DNA of 64,000 nucleotides from positions 6,448,001 through 6,512,000 of the forward strand of contig OZ287760.1 in the NCBI GenBank assembly GCA_965649765.1. The letters run 5' to 3'. The translations under genes were made by a program, and so were the position numbers. Positions 1 to 12,439 of the stretch are shown here, piece after piece (position 1 is the first letter of the stretch; every line of letters begins with the position of its first letter). The stretch comes from Bispira polyomma. Its lineage: Eukaryota. The notes beneath the pieces are model-generated. The model saw only the letters and a list, made by a program, of their open reading frames with translations, ran no database searches and was not told where the DNA came from.

Positions 1-153
1 CCGATCAGCCAAGCTTTTCAGGTCTTTGTGAAACGGCAAGCCAGGGCGATGCCGGGGTGTGAACTTGGACAGTGTGAACCCCCCTTTACACAACAATATT
101 CATAAAAAAGAAAACTCTACTTGATTTTAATTCTGCATACAGATACAGTTTTG

Positions 154-318
154 TCTTGTTAAACGGAAATTGTGTTTGGTCTAATCTTTAGTTCTTTGTG
201 TATGCTATTGCACAGCTTAATAAACTTATAGATCTGTTATAAAAAATGAGCAATAGTTTCCCTAGACTAATCAGTACAAACTACAATTACAGGTAAACTA
301 AATCCGACTACATAAACA
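154..318 (-). repeat. Candidate 3' LTR of the Gypsy element
   Basis: On the minus strand a purine tract ATGAAGAAGGATA (331-319) is followed by TGTTT at 318. The distal end is uncertain and no 5' LTR was found to compare. Confidence 0.35.
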
Positions 319-2480
319 TATCCTTCTTCATTATAAACCGACGGTTACTGCAGCTCTCAAATTGAAAGGGAGATCTGGCATTTATCAAGAGCTGATGTAG
401 ATAGAACAGTTCTGTCATCATGCAATCTATCTGTCCCTCTTTTACTTCACATTAGTATCCATTTACAACATTTCATTGTTTAGTATAGTAAGTCATATAC
501 TTAGTACACTACTACATAGTTTCAATGAGTCTACTGGGTGGCTTTGAGACTCTAGAGGATCTCCTCACAGTATTTGGCTAGTATCTGGAGCTTTGAACAC
601 TCTCCTAACTGACTGAGTAGCAGGGGCAATAGGTCGATAGCTTCCGATTCTCGTATTGTCCACTGGTACACTAACAACAGAATCTGTATCATTTTTAGGA
701 GTTTGTTCATCTGGTGGCTCAAATGGTATCTTCTTGAAGAAAGACCTATTTCTGGTGATTAAGCGATCACCTTGCTGGACAGTAACCATTGACCCAAGGT
801 CTTTGATCAAAGGCTGTGAGCTTTCCCATCCCATGGTGTTTTAATACAGCAGTGTCTCCAACTTCTAGACCAGACGGCCGAACAAGTGGATTCTTGTCGT
901 AATACTGTTTCATTTTAATCTTAGCAAACGTATCCTTAGCTCTGAGTTCCTGATCATATAGGTTGGCACCCAGTTGTGACAGTTCTCATGAACCTTTCAA
1001 CTTCTGATTTGGCTTTAGGCCACATCGGTGCAATTTTGCGATGTTTGAATCCCATTGAAAAGACATACTGTTGAAATTCTTCTCCAATAAATGGTGTACC
1101 ATTGTCACTCTTGATGACATCATGTATCCCTCTGAGAGAAAGTATGCTATCGAGTCTAAGTGCTATGGCTGCTGCAGATGTTGAGGTTACAATTTTAACG
1201 AATGGAAATCGGCTATAGCCATCTGCTATAGCCATCAATGACAACAAACTTTTTCTCTCAACAAAGCTTTTGTCTTGACAATCCCCTTGTGACCAATTTT
1301 TGCCAGGTCTACAACCCTTTGCTGTAATCGGGATGGTATGACAATTGGTAAATCCCTTAACAGCAAGTCAAAGTCTGGAGTTGCTGATAGCTCATGTGGC
1401 TAATTGCTGTACATATGCCATTTACCTATAGTAAGTGCTCTGATAATTGCTAATAAGTTAATAAGTAGGGTCTTCAGGTATAGTAGCTTGTCGGATCTCA
1501 TTAATTGACATAGGTTTTGGCATGGCATTCCTTGCAACATAGTTGATAATGTCCTCGGAAAGCCTTTGCTCTCTGCTGGACTGCATAGCACGTGTGTTGC
1601 TAGCCACATGTCTTGATAAATGATTGGCCCTTCTGATAACACAGTTTAAACTTATATGGTTGTATTCTAAGAGCCCATCCCTGTAATCTAGCACTGGGTT
1701 TAGACTGTGACATAGTGAGAACAGACAGTAATGGCTGGTGGTCTGTGAATATTTTGAAGTCTGATCCATAGATATATATGTGTAGGTGTTCACAGGCACA
1801 ACAGCTAACTCCTCTCTTTCGATTTCTGAATATCTCTGTTCAGTGGGAGTTAGAGCACGACTTGAAAAATGAACATTTTGACGCCTGTCTGTAGAATTGT
1901 CCTTCTGCATCAAAATTGGTGAAATCCCAACAGGACTTGGATTAACATAAAGTTTAGTGTTTTAGCTAGGATCAAAATATGTGAGAGCCGATGTTGTGGA
2001 GAGAGCTTCCTTCAGTTTCTTCAATGCTTTATCATTATTTATAGTTCATTTCCAAGCAACATCATTCTTCGTCAGCAATCATAGATCGTGGGTTGTTGTG
2101 GCATAGTCTGAAATGAATCTCTGTCCACATTAATTGGTGATCCCAAGAAGGCTTCCCGCTCCTGATTGGCTCTGTGGTGGAGGTATATTGAGGAGCGCCT
2201 GCATTTTTGATGGACTTGGTGAGACTCCATCCAGTGAGAATGTATGACCAAAGAATTCCATTGAGTCTTTGACCAACTCACATTTCTCTGGGGCTAAAGC
2301 AAGACCATTTTCCTTGATCCTCTGAAATAGAGTGATCATTTTTATATGTTCCAAAACAGAGAATATCATCAATTATATTTATAACACATCTTAGGCCTGC
2401 TGGTGCCTTGCGAATTTAATCTTGAAAGACATCTGCAGAAACTATTTATCCCCCAAAAATAGCCTTGTGTACCTTTTGAG

Positions 2481-2740
2481 TTGAATTTGAATTTGGTTAT
2501 TTAACGTCCACTCTAGTACCTTTTAGTAGGTTATATTGGGACGGGTAGTTGGAAACGCTGGAGGAAACACTGCATACAGTCGGTCAAGGTTCTGCACTGA
2601 AACCAGCCGCCCACAGTAAGGAACTACCACCTTTCCCACATAGGCATCGACGGGATTCGAACTCACGCCGCCCAGAGGTGAGAGACCAGTGATTGTGAAG
2701 CGCAATGCTTGCTAACCACTAGGCCACCGCGGCCCCCATG
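2481..2740 (-). mobile_element. tRNA-derived SINE (family 1) inserted in Gypsy pol
   Basis: Minus strand has A-box-like GGTGGCCTAGTGG, B-box GAGTTCGAATCC and an (AAATTC)n tail. Perfect 15-bp TSD TGTGTACCTTTTGAG at 2466-2480 and 2741-2755. Confidence 0.9.
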
Positions 2741-3934
2741 TGTGTACCTTTTGAGACCCATATGTGTGGTGAAGGTGGTAATAAATCGGGTCTCTTCCTC
2801 CAGTTCTAAATTAGTTATAGCCTTGGTTCAGATCAACCTTGCTGTAGCCCTTGGTTCCATTAAGATCATAACGAATTCTGTCAGTGTAGATGTGATGTGC
2901 GAGTTCTCTTTATGGCATCAATTAGCTGAGCGCATATCAACACAAATTCTGACTTTCCCTGGTGTCTTCTTGGGAACTACAACAATAGGAGAAACCAATG
3001 GGGTTGGATTGGTAGGACTTTCTATTGCACTTCTGGATTCATCCCATTTTAACTGATTTTCAATGTCTTTTCTAACATGAAATGGAGTCCTCTTGTGGTT
3101 CTGCACCACTAGGGGTACTGACCCGTCAATGTGCAATTTGACTTTTACACCTCGTAGTTGGTCTATTCCTGTAAAAATGTCTGAATAACTACCTTTGAGT
3201 TTTACCATCTGTGGTGATGCACTGTGTTGATTCCTTTTAACTGTATCAATCAATCTCAGTTGCCTTGATGTTTTCCAACTAAGAATTGATTTATCATATT
3301 CGCCACACACTATCATGTGACTAACACAGTTCCCACTAGGAGATACCAAAGTAGCCATGACCTTGCCTCTGATAACCAATGGAACATTGCTTCCATATGC
3401 ATACACATACGTGTTGTGATGCTCTAGCTTTGGTTTTAACTCCAGCTGGTCATAGTCTTTCGGTGATAGTAAATTTATACTGGCACTATAATCTACAAGA
3501 AAATCTACCAGGACTTTATTCGTTTTAACTGTAAATACTTGCATTTGTTTTGTTTTTTAAACTGTGACACATCCTAAGTGTAACCGAGCATTCACTCTCT
3601 GTGCCTTGATCCAATGATCTGGAGTAGCTGTCTTCATCTAATGATTGTATCTTATTATTCCTCTGTGTTTTGGAGTGTGAATGTTGTTTTCTCTGTGTTG
3701 ACCTATATTTCTGGCAAAGTGATTAAGATTCAAGGGACTCTGCCAAAGACCTACTGATGAAACTCCACTTAGTTGCCAATTTGTTGGTTGCCAATTTGCT
3801 ATCCAGTTCAGTACTAACTAATCGTCCTTACTTTTAAAGGCACTCAAAGGCGAAGGTCCTGACTATTTATGAAAACCGGTTGACTTTGGTAAAATCATCT
3901 TATATGACTAGAAACTAAACTAGTAGAAAACTAC

Positions 3935-4190
3935 ATTTCAGCAGTTTCAGTGTTTGCTGCACCAAAACTCTGGAATCAACTTCCACCTCATTCACAAGAA
4001 TGTCAGAGCACCAATAGCTTTCCCAGACAATTGAAATCAAACATCTTTTAAGCCAGCTTTTAACCTGTATGAACTATTTTATTGTGACTTTATATCTTTG
4101 TATCTATGTTTGAATTGTTGTAAAGGGCACTGAACACTTAAATGCTATCAAGTGGATTCTGCGCTATATAAATATGCCATCATTATATAT
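3935..4190 (+). mobile_element. L2/CR1 LINE 3' end fragment
   Basis: Encodes FSVFAAPKLWNQLP, followed by an L2-type tail GTAAAGGGCACTGAAC...GCGCTATATAAAT. Confidence 0.6.
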
Positions 4191-4827
4191 TTATCCTTAT
4201 TTCATAATTATGTCAGCGAGAGATATCCCCAGCTGTATAAGATATTTTTCGACACATTGTATAGATTCATGTCATACTGGGGCAGTTTCAGTGCTGAAGG
4301 AAACTGGTGTAAGTGTTTAAGATTCTACACCGTAAACCTGCGACCGTCGGCAAGTATAACTGCCAACTTCCTCACTTGAAGCTACTGCCGAGATTCAAAC
4401 GGGGACCATAAAAAGGTGGGGGACTAGTGTGTTAGCACTGAGCCACCTAAGCCCACTGACAACACATCAAGGTGGATCAGTCATATTTAGAGAAAGGCGA
4501 GCTACAGGTTGTATAGAAATATAGTAATTTGTAGTTCATTTTATATGTGATGCTTGCCTAAAATGTCAAATTTGTACGTGTATTATTGGTACGTGTATTA
4601 TTGGTATGTTGTCATACTGTGTTGCCTTTTTAGCATAACTGTATTTGTAATGTTATTTTTGTACAAACAAATTGAAAAAAAAATCTTTCAGTGTAATTTA
4701 AAACTACAAATAAACTATGGCCATTGAATTTAGGTTTTACATCGTTTTCAAACAGTTTTGGTCCTATCGCAACAGCCAGATTTAATGGTGGAAGAAACCA
4801 GTGCTGAAGCATCTGTAGACAACCTAC

Positions 4828-6252
4828 CTACGGCAAGTACCTAAAGAAGCGTCCGTGTAGGACGAAGGGTAATGGTGTGGGTAGATACGCCGTGCTTACT
4901 ACGTTAAATGTTTTACCATCTAGCACCAGTACATAGGACAGCCTGGTAATGCCGTCCAGCACGATACTGGTGATCACCCCGTCATCCTCCTCCTCCTTTC
5001 CACCACTAGCCTCCAACCGGTGGATGAACGTCGGCTCAGAAGGGTAGTGGTTGTGCACGAACCAGTACAGGTCCCTGCCCCGGCACATGTCCTTCTTCAC
5101 GATGGCCACAGTCGCAAAGTCCCCGCGCTGCACGCTAGTTGATATGCCGTAGATGTAGCAGTATCTTTCGAAGCGGTACCTCTCGTTGATCGCTGGTAGG
5201 TCCAGGTACTGGATGAACTTATATTCCGAGGACACCTTCACCGCCTTCACTGTCCCCTCCTTCAAATGGATGGTGTACCTCCACAGACCACAGGTGGTCT
5301 TGATCTTTTTCCGCAGTGTCCCATTCCTCAGCACCGTCAGGTCCATCCGCGACAGGACGGAGGCGTCGGGATACACCGTGTAGTCCGTGATCAGGTAGCC
5401 GTTCTCCTCGTAGCTGTTGACGTTGTGCATGTGGATGCCGGATCTTATGTCTGCAGAGAACAGCATGCGGCCACTCGCCAGGTGGAACACGTGAACACGC
5501 GAAGGCTCTTTGGGCTTCCACTCTAGACTCTCCAGTAGTGTGGCTGCCGTCAGGACCCTTGTCTGGTCAATGTAAAAAGGGTCCGCGATCAGGACAGCGT
5601 AGTTTCTCGAAAGGCCGAACGAGTGCATGTACGGTATTCTGGAGATGGGCAGACTGACCAGCACTTGCCGCTCCTGTAGCACGTTCCCGATGCGGACGAG
5701 ATGCAGCCAGCTTGATCCAAAAGGCAGTGGGTCCCATTCACTCATCACTGTGATGAACGCCGTACTATTCCTGCTGTTGTATTCTCGTATTGGATGAGGG
5801 GAAGACAACTGAGGGATCATGTGGTTAAAGAAAAGCGAGTTGCCGTTGTTGCCAGACAGTGACGGGACTACTTTCTCGGCCGTGCTAAAGTCTTCTCTAT
5901 CCACCCGATACATCAGCCACGTCTCTCCCAAAATGTCAACGGCATCTTCCGTGTTGTTCTCTCGACGGCTCGGAAACCTATAGACATTGATGGCGGGATT
6001 GTCCACATTGTGTATCAGTGCCTCGACTTTGGCGAGTGGGCTCAGCGGAGGATCCGTTGGCGCAAGAAACATATAGGGCACAATGTTTCCCTGCCGCGTG
6101 GATTTGGTGTACGACTCGCTGAGCAGCATCCTCACAGTGAATTTCAGGGAATTCCCTCCGGTGAACTCGACCTTAGTCAGCTTGCCATAGGCGTCGAAGG
6201 CATTGGTGAAGGACGTCGGGCCGAGTTCAAACTGCCCCAGACCCATCTTGAT
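4828..6252 (-). CDS. Carotenoid cleavage oxygenase (BCO/RPE65/NinaB family), exon 2
   Basis: Acceptor TTCACAG|ATC at 6253/6252. All four Fe-binding His motifs are present (SPHP, PYMHSFG, MHNVNSYEE, LHGRF), plus GQFELG..FDA, GETW, PSEP and EDDGVI. Stop at 4828. Confidence 0.93.
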   Translation of the reverse strand: MKMGLGQFELGPTSFTNAFDAYGKLTKVEFTGGNSLKFTVRMLLSESYTKSTRQGNIVPYMFLAPTDPPLSPLAKVEALIHNVDNPAINVYRFPSRRENNTEDAVDILGETWLMYRVDREDFSTAEKVVPSLSGNNGNSLFFNHMIPQLSSPHPIREYNSRNSTAFITVMSEWDPLPFGSSWLHLVRIGNVLQERQVLVSLPISRIPYMHSFGLSRNYAVLIADPFYIDQTRVLTAATLLESLEWKPKEPSRVHVFHLASGRMLFSADIRSGIHMHNVNSYEENGYLITDYTVYPDASVLSRMDLTVLRNGTLRKKIKTTCGLWRYTIHLKEGTVKAVKVSSEYKFIQYLDLPAINERYRFERYCYIYGISTSVQRGDFATVAIVKKDMCRGRDLYWFVHNHYPSEPTFIHRLEASGGKEEEDDGVITSIVLDGITRLSYVLVLDGKTFNVVSTAYLPTPLPFVLHGRFFRYLP

Positions 6253-6695
6253 CTGTGAATGACACAGGAAAATGGATTTGAGCTTATATGGTCATAATAC
6301 AAGTGGCACAAAATTATTTCACGGTTCTTTAGCCATAAAATATGTTTCATACTCAAATATATTTTACATATTCATTTATTATGCCCCAACAGAGAATCCG
6401 GCCATTGGACAGAAGCAGTGACATGACCTTTTGTAAAATATCCAATGGCCTGAGTTGTAATATACTGGGGCATTGAGTGATTTCATTGTGCAAATGTGCA
6501 AATTGTTTTCAACATGGCGGTTTTTAGGTAATGCGTTAGTTTGTTTTATTAAATGACCTCTGTACGTATTTGTTAACCCTCTGTGTAATGCAAAAGAAAT
6601 CTAGCTGTATGGATAATTATATCACCCGACGGCTGTTGGACCGATAAAAATAGTGGGGTTATATTTTTTTCATGGATGTCTAATAAATACAAATA

Positions 6696-6905
6696 GGGAC
6701 CGCAGTGACCCAGTTGCTAGAAGTGTTGGCTTCACAATCAATGTGGGTTTGAATTCCGTCTGTTCCTTACATCGGGGAAAGTTCTTCAGGTACGTGCCAC
6801 AGGATGGTGGTTTACAGCACTAGTGTCTTCCTCCACCATTAAGTCTGGCCATCGTGATATGACCTAAACCGTTGAAAGCTATTATAAAACCCAGCTAAAT
6901 TCAAA
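6696..6905 (+). mobile_element. tRNA-derived SINE (Meta-core-like, family 2) in the CCO intron
   Basis: Degenerate A/B boxes, core TCCTCCACCATTAAGTCTGGCCATCGTGATATGACCTAA and AAATTC tail; related sequence at 40463-40625. Confidence 0.6.
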
Positions 6906-7216
6906 TTACTAAATGCCCCCCCCACCACCACCCCCCCTAAAAAATTATATCGCTAGATTAGTTTTGTTTTTTCTTCTAGTCGACCTCAGATCACTGGAAC
7001 CACAAATCGATTTTAGGAAAAAACTTAAAACCTATCCTTTTACCCTTGCTTAGGCACCTTTGTTTCCTCCTGTACATCTAACATTTTGCCTTACAACTTT
7101 GCTGTGTCCATGGACTACTACACGATTGGCTTGTTGTTGCACTTTAGAAGATTCCTAGCATCAATAAAGCATGTTAAAAATGCATAGTTATAAATACAAA
7201 AAAAATGTATACCTAC

Positions 7217-7468
7217 CAGGGTTCCTCGGAGCCAGTCCGGCATGCTGCCACATAAGGGGACTCGGTATCTATCATAGGTCCTGTTGTTGGTCGTAAACCA
7301 CAGATCATACCCGACGGCCCCCGATGTGCAGTCAACACCAGTCGGTGCATGCCCTAACACGAGACAAATTGTTAGGAAATGCTTGAGGAGCCACTTGCCG
7401 TGTGGTTTTAGTCGATTCTTCTCTCCTGACAGTTTTTGACTATTAGTATGTGCCCTTTGCTGCGACAT
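7217..7468 (-). CDS. Carotenoid cleavage oxygenase, exon 1 (full protein about 558 aa)
   Basis: ATG at 7468, a hydrophobic segment, then the family motif GSMPDWLRGTL. Donor CTG|GTAGGT at 7217/7216 is phase 0 and joins in frame to IKMGLGQF of exon 2. Confidence 0.85.
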
Positions 7469-7844
7469 CTTTTCTTTCCGTGTATATATATAGGTTTGAT
7501 TGGCTGTATATGCACATAGATTTAGATCATCTTTTTTTGGTTCTCCTTTCAAGACTTAAGAAAGATGTCGGGAGGGCTGTCTCTTCCCAAAAACTAAAAA
7601 GCGAATATAAAAATAGCTTGAGACGGGGATCTTAACCAGTTTGTATACACAACAAATGTTGGAACGCTACGTAACCCATGCTATTCAGGATCAAGTCCAA
7701 TTAACTATTCAGTTGTGTGCATAGAATTGGGATATACATAAAATTTATTTCATTAATATTATAATAGAACAACAACCATACATGGTTTATAAACAAAAAA
7801 TGCATTTTGCAAAAATTCTGAAGGTAAGATGACAGGTTTTTCCA

Positions 7845-8345
7845 ACATGCTGCATGAGTAAAATAAAGTAAAATATCACCGGTTTCCAAATAGTATATAT
7901 GTATATAGTTTAACTTTTTTTGTTTTTTCAAATATTTCATTCACCAGATAAAACCTCCCAAAACTGTGTTAATGTACCAGAATCCGGTCTAAATGGTTTT
8001 TAATGTCACACACACACTCAAGATGCTTCACACACGAAAATGCCAACAACAAAATTTGAATCTTTGAAGTAGAAATGTTTATGTTAATATAGAGATACAC
8101 TATTTTGGTGGTGAGAGATAATTGCCCTCTCAAAGGGGTTGTCAATTGTTATCTGATACCAAAGACTCTTCTGAGTGGATTCTGCCATTATACATGAGAA
8201 AACAAATAATGTTGATATGGCCTTGTGTGGCAAATTATTTCGTGCTGCAACTCCAATGGAAAACACATGGCCTGCCATAGAGGGTGTTGTACAGTGACCG
8301 TGAAGGGCCAAAATGCAAACAAACTTGACAAATTTATAACAAAAT
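7845..8345. repeat. Unclassified dispersed repeat X, copy 1
   Basis: Aligns by eye with 13105-13530 (e.g. GAAAATGCCAACAACAAAATTTGAATCTTT; GAAGGGCCAAAATGCAAACAAA). Confidence 0.8.
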
Positions 8346-8362
8346 TGGATACCATTTTCCAC

Positions 8363-8530
8363 CGGCCGTATTCACTAAGATTCCTACACTTAGAATAAAA
8401 AATATTCTTAACCTTGGAAAATTTTCTTATACAAGAATTTTTTTACTGATGGAATGAAATAGTATTCACAAAGCAATTCGTAGCTAAGAATTAAAAATGT
8501 TCTTAGCTAATAATTGTGAATAGAAATGTA
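8363..8530 (+). mobile_element. Harbinger-like MITE left arm
   Basis: Begins GGCCGTATTCACTAAG; paralogous to 13547-13720. Matching inverted ends occur near 19560-19590 and 19840-19864. Confidence 0.5.
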
Positions 8531-9577
8531 TGCACACATGTTTTATTATGATTTAGTTTATGTTAACCACGCAGGACTCTCGCAAATATTTGATGCAAAA
8601 GTCCAGGCAGAAGTAGAGTTATATATAATTTTATTACATCAAAGGTGTTAATTTACCCAGAGATCTAAGTCAATACCTGTTAAGACTCGAAGCTGATGCA
8701 ACAGTTCACGTACAATTACGTATTAAATGGCACGTATTTGTACACATAGAGACACAAATATACTTAAAACGACGCACATTGACACGTTAAAGGCTGTGAT
8801 ATTACATGTATTACGTTGACACTGCTATGACTATGTCAACCACATTATACCACGCTACATCTTGCAAAGCTCTTGTAAATATTTACGTTAAACCTCATAC
8901 CAATCTTACGTGGTTTGCGTGTCCAAATATTAAACAGTTTAAAATTACAAATTTCTTGTGTAACATCTCCCACGTGAGGTTATGTACTATCACATCCAAT
9001 ACGTTTACTCCTGCATACTCTATGCAAACCCCACACAAAATTAATTTCTTAACGACTGCTTACGTGAAAGCCGGTGGGACTGGGGCATTACTAGGCTAGG
9101 CGTGAATAGAACTGAGGTCCAGTTCTTATAACTTTTAACTGTCTGGTGTTTGGGCGTGGAGTTTTTTGTACATGAACTGTATGACGTTTTCCCGCAATAT
9201 TTTGCATTATATAAAGGAGTTGTTTCAGATTCAAGTTCTGTCGGAAAAATGGGACCAATTTTGAGATTGGGGCGGTTGGGGCAAAAAAAAATCGCTAAAT
9301 ATCATTTCCTGGGAGGGAATATGAAAATGTGGGGCGACCTTCCAGATCGAACTGATTGCACCCCAGGTAGGATCAAACTGGTTGGCGATGGGATCTGACA
9401 TATCGCCCTAGGATTGAACGATCCGGCAATGGGATCTGACGGATCTATATCCCCGACCACCAGGATCAAATCTCTAATAATCAAGGTCGGGACTACTATG
9501 CCAACGCTTTCATTACCCTATATATACCCCTTTTAAACCCTAAAACTCATGTAAAATTGACTAGTAAATTGAGTAAA

Positions 9578-10372
9578 ATGCCAGCAATCGACAAGAGAGG
9601 AGACTAGGTCATTTTTATTTTGTTTTATTTACAAATATGCGTCCTCATGGCCATACTACAAAAGGAAAGAGACAAGGCTCAGGCTCACGCAAGACAAGAG
9701 GAATTGAGCCCAACACCACCACCTTCACCTTTGGTCCCCCCTGGAGAAGGTCCGCCCTCCAAGAATGTCACCTCTACACTGGGTCTAGCCTATGATCGGC
9801 AGAAGAGAGGCCCTTGGATATTACAGCACCTTAATGCCGGAGTTAAATGAAGGAGATGCACCTGCATACAGGAACTTCTTCAGGTTGCCTCCAGATCTAT
9901 TCCTGGAAATCAAGAAGAGGATCACACCCCATGTGAAAAGAAACACAACCTGATACAGAAAGCCCTTAGATGTGGGACTCTCACCTTGAGGCACCTGGAC
10001 ACTGGGGAGAGTTAGCAATCAAAGGATGTGCAACTACAGAATATCCAGGGGAAGGAGGGTTGTTAAAAATGCCTTTGGAATATTGGTCAGCAAGTTCTGG
10101 GTTTTACTGACAACCATGCAACAACATCCTTTGGTGTCTTCAAACAATATGTTAACGTATGTTATATTACACAACATCTTAAGAAGCCACTGTGAGAACT
10201 CAGCCCGGAAGCACCCAAATCCACAGGATGATCCACCTGAGTCTGAGGAGCAGCTGGTTGGGAATAAAGCGGACAATGAAAACAGAAATCTATCTAGATG
10301 GGCGAAAGGGACACTTTGATGGACTACTTCATAAATGAGGGGGCAGTCCCACGGCGGAACAACAGAATATGA
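9578..10372 (+). pseudogene. PIF/Harbinger transposase (HARBI1/DDE_Tnp_4-like), internally deleted
   Basis: YRNFFRLPPDLFLEIKKRITP..TLRHLDTGE joined directly to NYRISRGRRVVKNAFGILVSKF..LHNILR and C-terminal DYFINEGAVP. The central catalytic region is missing and stops are present. Confidence 0.8.
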
Positions 10373-10453
10373 CAGATAATGTTTTGAAACATTAGGCTGG
10401 CCCTGAAAAGGGCTGATTTGTTTTGATGTTTACACTGTGCTGTGCTGGCAGGT

Positions 10454-11339
10454 TTAGCAGAGGTGGTGCTGAGTTGGAGAAGGTTGCTCTAATGACTGAG
10501 GTGGCGGCTGTGGTGGCTTAGGACCAGGCTGTGGTGTAATCTTATGCTCATAATGTGAAAGTGTGTCTATGCTCTGGTAGCTTATATACGCTGGGCCTAT
10601 GCCCATATTTCTGACCATTGATGACACTGTTGAACTGTTTAGAATGTCTGACTCGACTAACCTGGGGTTGTCTAATGCCAGAATAGTCCCAGTGATACTA
10701 GATATACTAGCTACACTTCCACATGATGTTGGTGGTCGTTGAACTGTCTTGATTGGTGAAGGGTTTGGAGGCTCTGACATCTGTGGTCTGGCTTGTGATT
10801 GGTTGATGTACTGCACATACTGTTGTGGTAATTGTTGCTGCTGTGGGTCAAAAATAGGTGGCCCCATGCCATTGGAGGTACTCAGATGTGATTGAAATGG
10901 TTGATACTGTTGTGGTTGTTGCTGTAAATGGGTAAATCCAACCTCCTGTTGAGCCCATTCCTGTAAGTTACTGACCAGGTTGAAGGCATCTTTCCTGAAG
11001 GTGTTGACAGTTTATCAGTTGCTCTTGGTCCCTTAGGCTTTGGTTTGTAGGCGTCCTTCAGGAAGCCGGCTATCCTATCTTCCGTCCTGGACATGCTGTC
11101 CTTAAAGTCGGCTGCCATTGCATCATGGTGGGTTTGGGTGGATTGCCCTCTATAGGCAGATGACTGTTAGAAAAGTCGGGCTGGTGATGGAGATGGCATG
11201 GACTCCTCCATCTCCAGTTCAGCCTGGTCTGTATTGAGCTGGGAACCTGTTGGTATCTGGGACGTATGACTAGCAGAAACCAAGGCAGATGATATGGACT
11301 TGAAGCCAGATGTTCACTTGATGGATGATGTGAAGCCAC
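10454..11339 (-). pseudogene. Probable Harbinger second (accessory) gene remnant, P/Q-rich
   Basis: Convergent with the transposase, as in two-gene Harbingers. Frameshifted low-complexity ORFs; no Myb/SANT domain visible. Confidence 0.45.
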
Positions 11340-11359
11340 AGGAACTTTAGGGGGGGGGG

Positions 11360-11520
11360 GGGATCTTGGCCTGCCTTTTATCAGAGTTTAATTCTGCTGC
11401 CGATGTCATTGCCACTTTCATATCATTTTCTTTTCTAAAAATGTGACCTGTGTGTTTCCATCTCCATTTTCTTGTGTTGATTAGTAACTTTGTAAGGATA
11501 CATGATAAGGTATTTATTTC
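11360..11520 (-). mobile_element. RTE-type LINE C-terminal fragment
   Basis: RKWRWKHTGHIFRK resembles the RTE WxWxGHxxR motif. Confidence 0.45.
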
Positions 11521-12284
11521 AGGCATAAATCTGAACACTATTACAATCGCAGGCTGTGTACAATAGACACACTAGTTGTGTTTCAAAGGAAATAAATTAG
11601 AAGTAAATGTTGCAAATAGAACTGAAACTTTAGTTTACACATAAATTATTATTGGAATTTAAATTTAAATTCATCAAGGGAAAATTGAATTTATCTATTA
11701 TTTCTAATCCAACATAAAAAATCAATTAATTACCATGAACAACCATTTTATAAACTTTCTTGAATTACTACATATTTGTACATTTGATTTTTAGTATTAC
11801 CAATATTATGTTCATTGAGCTTATGTAAACATATGTTTACATTCGCCACCTAGAAAATGTTGTTTTTTGGTAGAATTGTGGGTAATATTTGTTGAAATTG
11901 AGATTTTTGTCAATATTTTTCTTTTTACTTACCTAACTTCTAATTATATTTCACCAGTTTTTATTAATTTGGCTTAAATTTTTGGGATTGCAAATTTCGG
12001 ATACAGTGGCGAATTTTAGATTCCTTTCTTTTCAATGAATCACATGCAAATGACATTACTCTTTTTATTCAATTAAAGCTCAACATAGCTTTTACATTTA
12101 CTCCACACTGAGTGAAGAAAACGTGATACACGTTTACTAGAACAATCGCATGAAACAGCCACACAGAGAGGCAGGCAAAAAACGTACAAAATACAACTTT
12201 GAAATGAGGTTAACGTACTAAACTCATCTAACTCTTAATAACGCCCTCATGGAAGGAACTTGCGCAAGGTGTTACCAGACACAA

Positions 12285-12439
12285 ACTCAAAGTTTAGGGT
12301 TTTATGTCCTGTTTAACAGCCAGGGTCATATTGGGGCAGGCCCACAGCTCTTGTCAATGTGGGAGACGAACCCACACAGAGGTGACAGCTTCTGATCAGA
12401 TGCCAAACTTGCTATCCACTGGGCCACTGAGGAGCTGTA
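12285..12439 (-). mobile_element. Short tRNA-derived SINE (family 3)
   Basis: Minus-strand A box GTGGCCCAGTGG and B-box-like GGGTTCGTCTCC; 11-bp TSD ACCAGACACAA at 12274-12284 and 12440-12450. Confidence 0.75.

Larger units (their letters stand above)
154..3735 (-). mobile_element. Degenerate Ty3/Gypsy LTR retrotransposon (gag zinc-knuckle remnant, protease, RT, RNase H, integrase; many frameshifts/stops)
   Basis: Minus-strand ORF fragments in Gypsy order: protease FLVDYSASINLL and RT start SPIVVVPKKTPGKVRICVDMRSAN (2918-3544); RT end EKCELVKDSMEFFGH (2130-2372); RNase H SRALTPTEQRYSEIEREELAVV (1458-1913); integrase DGYSRFP...SDNGTPF...EVERFMRT (954-1247). NHFAR remnant near 3715. Confidence 0.88.

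Noticed and set aside
2650-2737. tRNA-like sequence (also near 40227, 52955 and 12430)
   Set aside because: A/B boxes are followed by a SINE body, tail and TSD, with no full cloverleaf; these are SINE heads.
5186-6258. Overlapping and antisense ORFs within the CCO exon
   Set aside because: Expected shadow ORFs of a GC-rich coding exon; no motifs.
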